A DNA stretch of 61,562 bases, filler included, from Choristocarpus tenellus KU-1152 (Eukaryota; Protista; Phaeophyceae), in NCBI GenBank assembly GCA_964200185.2. It is 7 parts of 7 records of this genome, joined end to end, with 100 filler letters (N's around TTAATTAATTAA, not from the genome) between each part and the next. Parts side by side here need not be neighbours in the genome. Positions count along the whole stretch, not along the records: positions 1 to 17,587 come from CAXNAD020000660.1; positions 17,688 to 22,726 come from CAXNAD020012082.1; positions 22,827 to 26,216 come from CAXNAD020020360.1; 4 more parts are not named here. One strand, written 5' to 3'. The position numbers were made by a program, and so were the translations under genes. The notes below the pieces were generated by a model, which saw only the letters and a list, made by a program, of their open reading frames with translations, was not told the DNA's origin and did not search any database. The first letter of the stretch is position 1. Every line of letters starts with the position of its first letter. Below are positions 15,101 through 24,921 of this stretch, piece after piece.

Positions 15101-17545
15101 GTGTCCTCTCATCGAACACCACAGTTATGAACACTGCACCAGGTATATGAAGCTCTATTAGCTCCTGTGTATCAGGCAGATAGTCATGAGCGCTTTCCAT
15201 CACCTACACATAGCACCCATACAGCAGAAATTTAAACAAACAGCACCAGTTTGAGTGAGGCATTGAACACCAGGGAAGGTGGGGATATCATGGAAGGTGT
15301 AACACCATCCAGATGGTCTAGTAGGTGAGATGGAGTTTGAGAATGTTGCAACATATTGAAGTAACTAAATATGCCTACAGTTCACTGTTTTCTTGTCACA
15401 GCCCTAATAACATGCTATTGGTAACACCTCCACAAGACAGGCTTTTGAACAGACTACAGACAGACTAGGCACCCAACAACACCAAAACAAGAACTATCAC
15501 CCTTACCCCTCTTCCAATGATTTCAATACATCGGGCACCTTGGGTACTCCAAACAGACCGATAATGATGCCCCATGGGGAGTAGAGACACTATCATTAGA
15601 TTTGGTTCAAGACACACATCATTGGATGTCTTCCAAGATAGCACCCACACAATAGTTAGTACATGGACAAGCGAGTATGAAAAAAATGAAGCATTGTGAC
15701 TTTGTCAACCATACCTTTTCTACATCGGCCATCATTCCCCTTTTAGAAACACTTGTTGCCTCTCCCGCTGCCCCCTTTAGGTAATTGGAGGGTATCCTCT
15801 CAATAAGGGTGGATACATGCCTCATTACATTGGACACACAGTCCGCCATTCCTCCAAGCTTCATCTGCAATTAGGGTTAAGTACTTCATCAGGGTTTTAA
15901 GATAAGTATACTCAAATGTCACCCACTGAACAACAAAGCATGGATGCAAAACTCAGAACATGTGTAAAAGGGGGTACAGGAACTGCAAGGTACACAGGTA
16001 TGAAGAGTCTTCTACAAGTACCACTCAAGGAGTACCAACACCAAACACAGCCCATGGCAGCATCCCTTTTCCACACTTGAGTAAATACCATCAACACTAC
16101 CACTGCTGGTTGTTCATTCCACACTTGAGTAGAACACACCAACATGGCTGTGATGTGATTGGTCTATACCTGACTTTTCCTACCACACTTGGTAGCCAAT
16201 AATGTCAGTGGTCCAAGGAGAGTCGGCAACAGGGATCCTAGCAGGGACTCCTGTAGTTGTTTCAAACAAAGAGAACAGACAATAGTTACAGAACTGAACC
16301 AAAAGCATCCATCCCCATCGCATCAATATGTGAAGAGCAACAATGTGCACCCGATGAAGAGGCATCAAGCCAAGACCACAGAGATTGATGATTCTGTAGG
16401 CATTACTCCTCCCACATGACATGCTTCAAAGACATTGAAGTAAAGCACTTGAGTACATCCAATCAAAACTTACTATTGTCCGCCTGTGTTCAAATACAGA
16501 ATATAGTGCAGCATCCATCACTTTGACAAAAACAAAAATAAAAACAGAAAAAAAATGTACACAAGCACACAAACAAAATATATGGATACGTTTGGACACC
16601 TTGTCAAAAGAATTGACAAATGCATCCATAACCATCAACAAAATAGGCAGCACACACTTGTAGGAGCTGATCCACCTCGGCAGCAAGAGCCGGGTTGCCG
16701 TATCCATCAAGGTCATTTTCCTCAAGAGAAACAAGTTTGCACTTTGCCATGTGCTCCAGAACTCTTGTAATCTCAGCATCTGCCTTAATTGCATTCTCCA
16801 TGAGGGTCAGGCAAGCTCTGACATAGGACAGCATGAAGCAAGATGAAAGGCAACAACACATATCCAGTCACATGAGGTCTTATTAAAGTAAATGCCATCC
16901 ATCAAATCATAGAAACCTTGCAATTCTGACACTAAACGGAAGTAGGGCAGGTAATCATACTGACATTTTTGCTGCTTGTACAGGCAACACTAAAATTCCA
17001 TAAAAGTCTCATCGACACATTCAATAGCACAGTACACTTCTTACCAATAATATCAGTATTCATCAATCAAGTCTCAAGCAACCCTACTCTAACAGTGATA
17101 CCAAAAGAGAGTAACTAATTTGCTGCACTACTCCAATGTGGAGTGTAGAGAGGTAAGGGTCATAAGAGATGTTCAATGGCAACTACAGTGCCATATAAAA
17201 TTGCATAAGTTCAAGAACATACCGACTACTCTTGAGCATTCAAAAAATGCCGCTGACCAAATGCACCTTGACACAAGCTGACATAGCTGCATGAGCATCA
17301 TGCCACCATCCTCCTCACTCTTGTCGATATCAGCATCCAACTGATCTGAGGCAAAATGAACACCATGCCCTTGATAGTACTTTCTTCCTGTGGATTGAGA
17401 CATCTCAGACCTTTCAGACCTATCCTTCCCATGTATGGGTGAGCCAGAGGCAATGCTTGTGGATGGACTGGTGGTACCAGAGGCTTCTGATTGTTGATCC
17501 ACATCCACCTCACCCTCTTCACAGTCAAGGAGGAGTCTTGCAGCT
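116..17545 (-). CDS. Partial multi-exon gene (~25 exons) for a very large protein with CUB-like, MIB/HERC2-like and LamG-like domains; probably a stramenopile giant E3-ligase-type scaffold
   Basis: Splice-bounded exons join in frame. CUB-like: ~15088-15202 plus ~14392-14600 (ESAHDYLPDTQELIELHIPGA...VVFDERTRTENS-DYLIFWKD...WGWRFTATG). MIB/HERC2-like: ~4005-4163 plus ~3490-3594 (LVARGPDWVPGKTEDGNGGLGKV...VDVKWESSGHQGNYSMG). LamG-like motifs: HTVSLW (exon ending 5125), WTHVAVV (1257-1361), IYVDG (580-711). Second CUB-like unit: VESLHPYMDNTD-RYWDVSVEDAVSYTIVFDPKSRTEPNHDFVKF (580-711, 116-215). No HECT domain is visible in the window, so the E3 call is inference. Confidence 0.7.
2024..2545 (+). 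repeat. 24-bp minisatellite (GTAAACGATATTATGAAGGATAAA), ~20 copies, intronic
   Basis: Direct tandem repeat; reads as VNDIMKDK on + and SFIISFTL on -. Confidence 0.95.
5015..5092. repeat. 7-bp microsatellite (ACACAAC)n
   Basis: Seen directly; accounts for the VVCCVLC ORFs. Confidence 0.9.
9747..9937. mobile_element. Putative ~190-bp MITE (third family) in an intron
   Basis: Imperfect ~27-bp inverted termini ATTCAGTCTTCTCATTGGTCGAATAGA / TATAATCGACCAATGAGAAGGCTGAAT, with an internal (TTAGGG)3. No clear TSD. Confidence 0.55.
12103..12205. repeat. 7-bp microsatellite (GAGTGTT/GAGTTTT)n
   Basis: Seen directly. Confidence 0.9.
12855..12930. repeat. 24-bp unit x3 (GCATTAAATACTTTCTTAGTACRT)
   Basis: Seen directly. 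Confidence 0.9.
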
Positions 17546-17587
17546 CTACAATACGTGTGAATGTGTGGGGGTGGAGATGGGGGATGG

Positions 17588-17687
17588 NNNNNNNNNNNNN
17601 NNNNNNNNNNNNNNNNNNNNNNNNNNNNNNNTTAATTAATTAANNNNNNNNNNNNNNNNNNNNNNNNNNNNNNNNNNNNNNNNNNNN
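17588..17687. other. Artificial contig linker
   Basis: N-run + TTAATTAATTAA (stops in all six frames) + N-run, 100 nt. Confidence 0.98.
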
Positions 17688-17839
17688 GGTCTGCACCAGG
17701 GTGTCCATTTGGGTCATAACCAGGAAAAGTGCATTTACATTATCCATCCGACGTATGCAATCAAATAACCAAAAAGTTTCAAGATGAAAACATTGCCCCC
17801 AAATGGACAGCCGCCACCCCCTCTAAGATACTTTGAGTC
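17688..17839 (+). mobile_element. MITE-A, left end truncated, with a B-like right subterminus
   Basis: A-type body CCAGGGTGTCCATTTGGGTC...CCCAAATGGACAGCC ending in CCCTCTAAGATACTTTGAGTC. Confidence 0.8.
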
Positions 17840-18054
17840 TATTCGGAACAAGTCTCTATACGCATTTGTGGAAAAAATCGAAAATTGAATGAAGTTGATT
17901 AACCTTAAAATGTAACCCCTGGGTATCTCTCACTTACCTAGGCTCGTATGTCCAACCACAACTTCAACCTGATTTCCCAAACATAAAACGCTATAAACTC
18001 CTGAACATAGCTAACAAGTCACTTCACAGTAAAGTTCTACATGAAGGTGCATTT

Positions 18055-18312
18055 GAGTGAAAGTATCTTAGAGGGTACGAGTTTATCCTTGTTTGTCCAT
18101 TTGGGGCTTGGCTTCCCACAGGTTTTAAATGACATTTTACCTACTCCAAAGTGTTTCGGAGTGGGTAAAATGTATACATTATGAAAAGGTGTGTCCGCAA
18201 CAAGGATATTGACATCCCTAACAAACATCATCGCCAAAATTACATCAAAATTGCGACATTGGATTTTGGTCCTCAAATGGACGCGGCTCTACCCTCTAAG
18301 ATAGTTTTGCTC
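18055..18312 (-). mobile_element. MITE-B
   Basis: GAGTGAAAGTATCTTAGAGGGTA...TACCCTCTAAGATAGTTTTGCTC; flanks ATTT/CTTT. Confidence 0.85.
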
Positions 18313-19054
18313 CTTTATCCATATAAACTCAATATCAGCATCCAATTCGAAACCACAATGCCTCCCTTCAACTTTATTCTCTTTGTATCCCCTCAATCCA
18401 TGCCTATACATTAATTTCTGACCATATGTTGGAATCTGCTGTTGAAACCCCTTGAGGATAGTGAGCCTACTCCTGTGTGGGCTGCCCATTTCTAGTTTGG
18501 ATTTTTTTCTGTAGTGGAGGACTCTCAAAGAAGATTTGGCATAGGTAACAGGCATCTGCTATCTCTGTCTGGCATCCGTGCAGAATCAAGCCAGTGATAT
18601 TCCCCCAATTTCTCAACCATACAAAAGGCAAGATTTGAGCCAGCAATAGAACCGTTTTACTATCACCTTCATGAATTTCGTGAGTTCCAATCCCTTCAAC
18701 ATCATACATACTATTGGTCAAAATCCTGAATAAGGGGGAAAAAATGCTGTTTCCTGGATGAATTTAGTGAGTTCTAACCCCTTCGATACTGGGCTTATTG
18801 TATGGAGACCATTTTCCTTGGTAGATAGGCGGTATGCAAATTCTCTGCTCCTTGTAGAAGGAAATGGGATGGTATGGTGATAGACACAGATATATCCGCT
18901 AGGTCACGCCTGGCAACAATGTAAAAAAATGTATTTGCACACATTTCAGAAATATAGTAAAAAATTATTACATTTTCTTGTTCGCGCCATTTGAATATGT
19001 CTCACTACTACTTCAAAGTACTAACACATTGATTTTGAGTTGGAATATTGTCAC

Positions 19055-19254
19055 CTTTCCAGGCGGTATTGAATCCAAGACACGGAGCCAAACTTTGCTC
19101 ATGTCCCTGCCACACCACTGCCTGAGCAAGGCGATGAGCTCAGCGGCAGTTGTTGCTCCCGATAAATAATTGGCTGTGGCACTTGCGATGTCTCCTTCCT
19201 CAGGCGGATCATAGACCACTTTTGAGAGAGGAGGGGGTATGTGAGATGATTGAT
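19055..19254 (-). CDS. Probable exon of unknown function (possibly the same gene as the ankyrin exon)
   Basis: Open, protein-like frame (YDPPEEGDIASATANYLSGATTAAELIALLRQWCGRDMSKVWLRVLDSIPPGK) bounded by AG and GTGAC. Confidence 0.4.
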
Positions 19255-20676
19255 CTAGGAGGGTGTGTGCGTGCAATTTGACCCCCCACTATTACACTTC
19301 CAACTTACCTACTTTGTAGTGTTAGACACTAAAACTAAAAGGTAGCTTGCAAAAACCTTACCTGTGTTGACATTGCTAGTGAGAAAACTGACAGGTGTAA
19401 TTATTGCTTGACATCCAAGCCCGCTCTTGTTAGGGTATAGGTCAAGCAATCTTTGACCTCCCAGCCCATCACATCAGGAAATAAATCAATGGGGGTGAGA
19501 GAACACCATGGGTTGTTTGTTCAAAATCACTGATGATAGCAATGAGTTCATGGTCAGAGTCCTGGAAAAATACCTCTACCCTTCCAAAGACATGTCTCCC
19601 TGCTTCTCATATCACTTCAGTGTTTCGCTGCTGGGGATCACAGTTTTGCAGGTGCTATGTAAGTAAGTGCCACAACTTACCAGGCACCTCTAGTTGGGGA
19701 TAGATCCACTCTTCACCCTCCTCCTTGTCAAGAAGTCGAACAGAGATATCTATGCTTGCCTGGGTCCACCAGAATAGCCAAGTGCAATTGTTTGAAGTGC
19801 TTTGTTAGTGATCTATCCACAAAGGGGACAAATGCATGTCCCGCGTTGGAGGTCATCTAACCCTAACCCTATGTTGTGATCATCATCCACTAATTGTTCT
19901 AATCTTCCTTCAATCGATACATATCACCCATACTGATCCCGGCACGATTGGTGGGTAGGACTTGAATAAAGTTGGGAACAACATATGTGGGGGAAGATGT
20001 GAAATTATTGGGGCTATGTGATGGATGAGGAATGAGTGCAAAAATGACTTGAGATGGAGCTGACTGCGCCATGGGGATGACAGAGCAAAAGATGCCGGAA
20101 AACCTGTTCCTCCTGGTCGCTTTCACTCCCCTCCGGTTGCTGCGGTAGATCCTTCATGGCACGTAGCTTCTGGTAGAGCAAAGAACAAGAGGTGAGCTCG
20201 TCCATATCCACCACCAAACCCAGCAGGTCTTTCCCCTACTCAATGGGATGGGGGGCGAGTCATGGGGGTAAGGAGGGAAGGGGCAGAGCAAAAGAAGTGG
20301 AGGGACTTAGGCACCTCTTGGTATCGGAACAGTGGCCAAGAAGTGACTCGGGTGGAATCAAGTCCCAGAGCACCATTACTTCCTTCCATGGTAGTCATTA
20401 AATTGTGGCAAGGCTGATGGACAAAATAGTTCTTGAAAGAAGAAGGCGATGAGTTGGCTCTACATAACGTGCCAACTCTTCTGTTGGTATTCATGTTGCT
20501 CTTCGAGCCAATTCCCTTACCTTTCAATCTTAATATTGAGTCAAAGTAGACGAGAGGTGTCCAGAGTTGCATTTTAAGGATACTAAAAAATATGCGCAAG
20601 ATTCGACTTTTTTCTCACAATGGGGTGTATCTTCTGAATTGGGTTGCACTAGCTTCAAACAACAGATAAATCAATT

Positions 20677-20856
20677 GACCCAAAGTATCTGGGGGGGGAG
20701 GGGGGATCTGTACCAGGGTGTCCATTTGGGTCAAAACCAGGAAAAGTGTACTTACATTATACATCCGACGTATGCAACCAAATCGCCCAAAAATCGCAAG
20801 ATGAAAAAATTGACCCCAAATGGACATCTGGCACCCCCTCCCCGATACGCTGAGCC
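20677..20856 (+). mobile_element. MITE-A, full length (180 bp)
   Basis: GACCCAAAGTATCTGGGG...CCCCGATACGCTGAGCC; 3-bp TSD ATT/ATT. Confidence 0.9.
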
Positions 20857-20903
20857 ATTTTCTCAAGTCAAACTCAGCACTTCAACCATAGAGATATGAC
20901 TGG

Positions 20904-21158
20904 GAGTCAACGTATCTTAGAGGTAGAGCCGCGTTCTATTGGGGGCCAAAATCCAATGTTGCGATTTTGATGTAATATTGGCTATCGTGTTTGTTACGAA
21001 GTGTCAATATCCTTGTTCTGGATACACCTGTCACAATGTATACTCTTTACCTACTCCAAAACATTTCGGAGTAGGTAAAATGTCATAAAAATCGTGGGAA
21101 GCCAAGTCTCTAACGGACAAATAGGGTACAACTCATACCTTCTAAGATAATTTCACTC
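20904..21158 (+). mobile_element. MITE-B
   Basis: GAGTCAACGTATCTTAGAGG...CCTTCTAAGATAATTTCACTC; flanks TGG/TGA. Confidence 0.85.
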
Positions 21159-21369
21159 TGAATTGCAAAAGGTTGGAAAACTGAAATATAGCATAACACG
21201 GCCAAAACAACAGGGTAACTCTAATTTACTTTGACTCAGTATTATCATCACCTCTGTTGTTCTTATTGACATGTCCACCAATGAATCACATCTATAGTAC
21301 ACCAGTAGAACAGTTCAAGTGCTTCTGCTGGGCAAATATCGAACCTCACTCTTGCTAAAGTCAACCCAC

Positions 21370-21585
21370 TTCTCGATTCTGCGCCTTGAACATGTCCTCT
21401 CCAAGGATTTCCCCCATCCAAATGAGACAGTGCATCTGTCCCCGCAGTGCTGCTTTCATCGCGGGCGTCTCCCCACAGGCATTTTTGCAGGCAAGATCCG
21501 CTCCGTGAGAAAAAAGGAAACATAGAACCTCTAACTTTCCAGCGTAGGCGGCAACATGGGCAGGGGTGTCTCCACTGAGAAGTAC
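21370..21585 (-). CDS. Ankyrin-repeat exon
   Basis: GDTPAHVAAYAGKLEVLCFLFSHGADLACKNACGETPAMKAALRGQMHCL gives two ankyrin consensus repeats; plausible AG acceptor and GTGGGT donor. Confidence 0.85.
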
Positions 21586-21703
21586 CTGGGAATATTTTGT
21601 GTATACAGGGAGAGCAAAATAAGGTACAGTTGCAGGACAAAGACGTAAACATGAAGTGATTGTCACCTGCATATTTGTACTTCCGCTCATTGACACTAGG
21701 TGA

Positions 21704-21961
21704 GAGTCAAAGTATCTTAGAGGGTATAGCCGCATCCATTTGGGGGCCAAAATTCAATGTTGCGATTTTGAAGTAATTTTGGCTACGTGTTAGTTAGGAA
21801 GAGTCAATATCCTTATTGCGGACACACCTTTTTATAACGTATACATTTTATCTACTCCGAAATATTTTGGAGTAGGAAAATATCATTAAAAAATCGGAGG
21901 GATGTCAAGCCCCAAATGGACAAACAGGGCAAAACTTTTACCCTCTAAGACTCTTTCACTC
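21704..21961 (+). mobile_element. MITE-B (intronic)
   Basis: GAGTCAAAGTATCTTAGAGGGTA...TACCCTCTAAGACTCTTTCACTC; 3-bp TSD TGA/TGA. Confidence 0.9.
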
Positions 21962-22545
21962 TGATAATGTTTTTTTCCCTTTTCCTATGCTACTCCTCTT
22001 CCTCTCTGTGGAGGAGAATGGGGAAAGGAGAAGAGTGAGGCCTGATAGAGAGGTAGGACAAACACGGGAAGAGAGTGCGTGAGTGTCTGCGAGCTGGAAG
22101 GGGGGGATGGAAGTAAGGAAGCCAGTGCACTGTGGAAAGGACTACACAAAGAACTGGGGGGGGGGGGATATGTATAGTATTTTAATCTCCTGTCACTCAA
22201 TAGGTCGGATATCATTGTAATGTTGCTACTCTAGTTTGTTGTTGTCTGGTGGTGAAGGGACTGCATGTCACCACCATGTGAGGAGACATCATCGGTGTTA
22301 GGATGTGGTGGTTATGTGGCGCACAGGGAGGTTCAAGCATAGTAGATGGGGTTGTGAGATTGTTCCATACATGACAACCCTAATAGTAGTCTGCACAATG
22401 CAATATATATACACATACTGCATGGGCAAAAAATGTTACCCTTAGGAATGAGAAAGGATGAGCTTTGTGAGTAGACCGCGCTGGGCAATGGTATTTAGAT
22501 TGGGCATGAATTCTTGGATTAGAAAACAAACGCTTGAGTCAAAGT

Positions 22546-22726
22546 GACCCAAAGTATCTGTGGGGGGGGGGGCTGTCTACACCAGAGTGTCCATTTGGGC
22601 CAAACCCAGGAAAAGTGCACTTACATTATCCATCCGATGTATGCAACCAAATCACCCAAAAATCGTGACATAAAAGAATTGACCCCAAATGGACAACCGC
22701 CACCCCCCCCCCCAGATACTTTGAAC
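22546..22726 (+). mobile_element. MITE-A abutting a MITE-B terminal stub (22536-22545)
   Basis: GAGTCAAAGT|GACCCAAAGTATCTG...CCCAGATACTTTGAAC, then contig end. Confidence 0.85.
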
Positions 22727-22826
22727 NNNNNNNNNNNNNNNNNNNNNNNNNNNNNNNNNNNNNNNNNNNNTTAATTAATTAANNNNNNNNNNNNNNNNNN
22801 NNNNNNNNNNNNNNNNNNNNNNNNNN
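22727..22826. other. Artificial contig linker
   Basis: Same N/TTAATTAATTAA/N structure. Confidence 0.98.
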
Positions 22827-22938
22827 CGACACAAGCCACCCCGTTGCTGTGGAAGCAACTGGCATGGTCTTTTCGAGCAACAGGCGGTCTTGGGCAGTGA
22901 GAAGGTGTAGGATGATTAGATTCGAAGATGAGCGTATG

Positions 22939-23350
22939 AACTTTGTTTTATCCCTTTCAGGATCGGTGGGACCACCCTTTTGATCCCACCGATCCTGAAA
23001 ATCCGTGCGTTACATTTTTCAGAAGTTGTAAATCAGATTATCTCCGTGATTTCTATTTTTTCTTAAATCCAATTATATCAGATTTGTATTTTTTAAGATA
23101 TCAATCACATAATTAATTATTATTGCACATTTCCAATGTTCCGGAATCAACTTTGTTTTATCCTCGGGCTATCGGTGGGACCACCCTTTCGATCCCACCA
23201 ATCCTGAAAATCCGTGTGTTACATCTTTCAGAAATTGTAAATCAGATTATATCCGCGATTTCTATTTCTAAAAAAATATAATTATATCAGTAGCGATTTG
23301 TATTTTTCAAGATATCAATCACATACTTAATTTTCTTGTATGTTTCCAAT
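22939..23350. repeat. Tandem duplication of a ~210-bp unit containing a 17-bp-arm hairpin
   Basis: Units start at 22939 and 23149. TTTCAGGATCGGTGGGA (22955-22971) pairs perfectly with TCCCACCGATCCTGAAA (22984-23000). Confidence 0.85.
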
Positions 23351-23429
23351 TTACAGTAAACAGGGTTAGTCAAAAAACAACCCCAACCCTCTATGTATTT
23401 GAAATACAAAATCTTACTGAATCGGACAT

Positions 23430-24198
23430 GAGTGAAAGTATCTTAGAGGGTACGATTTTTGCCCTGTTTGTCCGTTTGGGGCTTGGCCTCACACGTTTTT
23501 TTAAAAGTCATTTTCCTACTCCGAAATATTTTAGACTAGGTGAAATATTTATGTTATGAAAAGGTGTGTATGAAACAAAGATATTGACACTCCCTAACAT
23601 AACACAACAACCAAAATTTAATCAAAATCGCAACATTGGATTTTTCCCCAAACAGACAACAAACAGAGAGCCAAAGTATCTTAGAGGGTACGATTTTTGT
23701 CCTGTTTGTCCGTTTGGGGCTTGGCTTCCCACGTTTTTTTAAGACATTTTCCTACTCCGAAATATTTTAGAGTAGGTGAAATATTTATGTTATGCAAAGG
23801 TGTGTATGGAACAAGGATATTGACACTCCCTAACATTCACAACAGCCAAAATTTAATCAAAATCGCAACATTGGAATTTGCCCCAAACAGACAACAAACA
23901 GAGAGCCAAAGTATCTTAGAGGGTAGAGTCGCGTCCATTTGGGGGCCAAAATCCAACATTGCTATTTGGACATAATTTTGGTCATCTTTTTTGTTAGGAA
24001 GTATCAATGTCCATGTTCTGGACACGCCTTTTCATAACATTAACATTTTGCCTACTACTCCAAAATGTTTTGGAGTAGGAAAGTGTCACAAAAAACCCCG
24101 CGGGAAGCCAAGCCTCAAATGGAGAAACAGGGCAAAACGCGTACCCTCTAAGATACTTTCACTCAGACTCGACCCTAACCTCTAATATACTTTGAATC
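23430..24198 (-). mobile_element. Composite MITE-B: outer copy with an internal ~235-bp duplication and a nested opposite-orientation copy
   Basis: Outer termini GAGTGAAAGTATCT (23430) and ATACTTTGAATC (24198), with 4-bp TSD ACAT/ACAT. Duplicated body 23668-23902. Inner full copy 23903-24164. Confidence 0.85.
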
Positions 24199-24921
24199 AC
24201 ATAGCGATTGTTATAAACGTACAAGTCGATAATAAGTGACTCTTAGAGAAAAAGTGGTTGCCACAAACCACCTTTTCTCTTTAGGCCACTTTACACGTGC
24301 GTTAGGTTTTTTTTTAATACTAAATCCACTGAAAACCATGCTTAGTTATTTTTTAAATACCAAGAACGCACTTTAGGGGTCTCACACGTTTCCAATTTCA
24401 GAAAACCTACGAAGTCATTCCAACTGATATCCACTATTTAAATAAACCTTAAATCCACTTCTTGGCGTCTTTAGGGTTTAAATAAACACTAGATAACATA
24501 AAAAAGCGGATCTATGTTATTCCTGGTTACTGGTAAACACTTTTGCCGTCGAACACTCAGAACACGTGCGTTAGGTTTTCCAAAAGTAGAATGATATTCT
24601 AATCCTTACACCAACAAATACGGATACAAACCACATCCTTCATTGATTTCGTACGTTCAAAACGTGATACGCCGAAAAGGCCACGAAAATACAGACACCC
24701 TCTGTCCCAGTTCAATATGAAATCCTATGCTGTTTGATATTCGTATTTTTGTAACGCAATTCTCATAAAAAATGTGCAGTCTGAGTTTTGAGGATCGAAA
24801 GGTCAGACGACATAAAACAGCACCTCCCATCCCTCAGTCCTCATTTCAATTCATTCCCTTCCATAGATACCAAGCAGACCTCTTACTTACCCATCCCCAT
24901 CACACCCTCCCAATCTTTGCC

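Noticed and set aside
17588-17687. TTAATTAATTAA palindrome recurring six times
   Set aside because: It is an artificial linker between N-runs. Genes on different contigs must not be read as neighbours.
20538-20549. Isolated GAGTCAAAGTA matches (also near 55812)
   Set aside because: Only 11 bp, with no MITE body or partner terminus.
23697-24185. Recurring ORFs such as HFPTPKYFGVG / IKIATLDFGPQMD / TQSIWGG..GVHLGQNQEKCT
   Set aside because: These are chance translations of non-coding MITE-A/B copies; frames and stops differ between copies.
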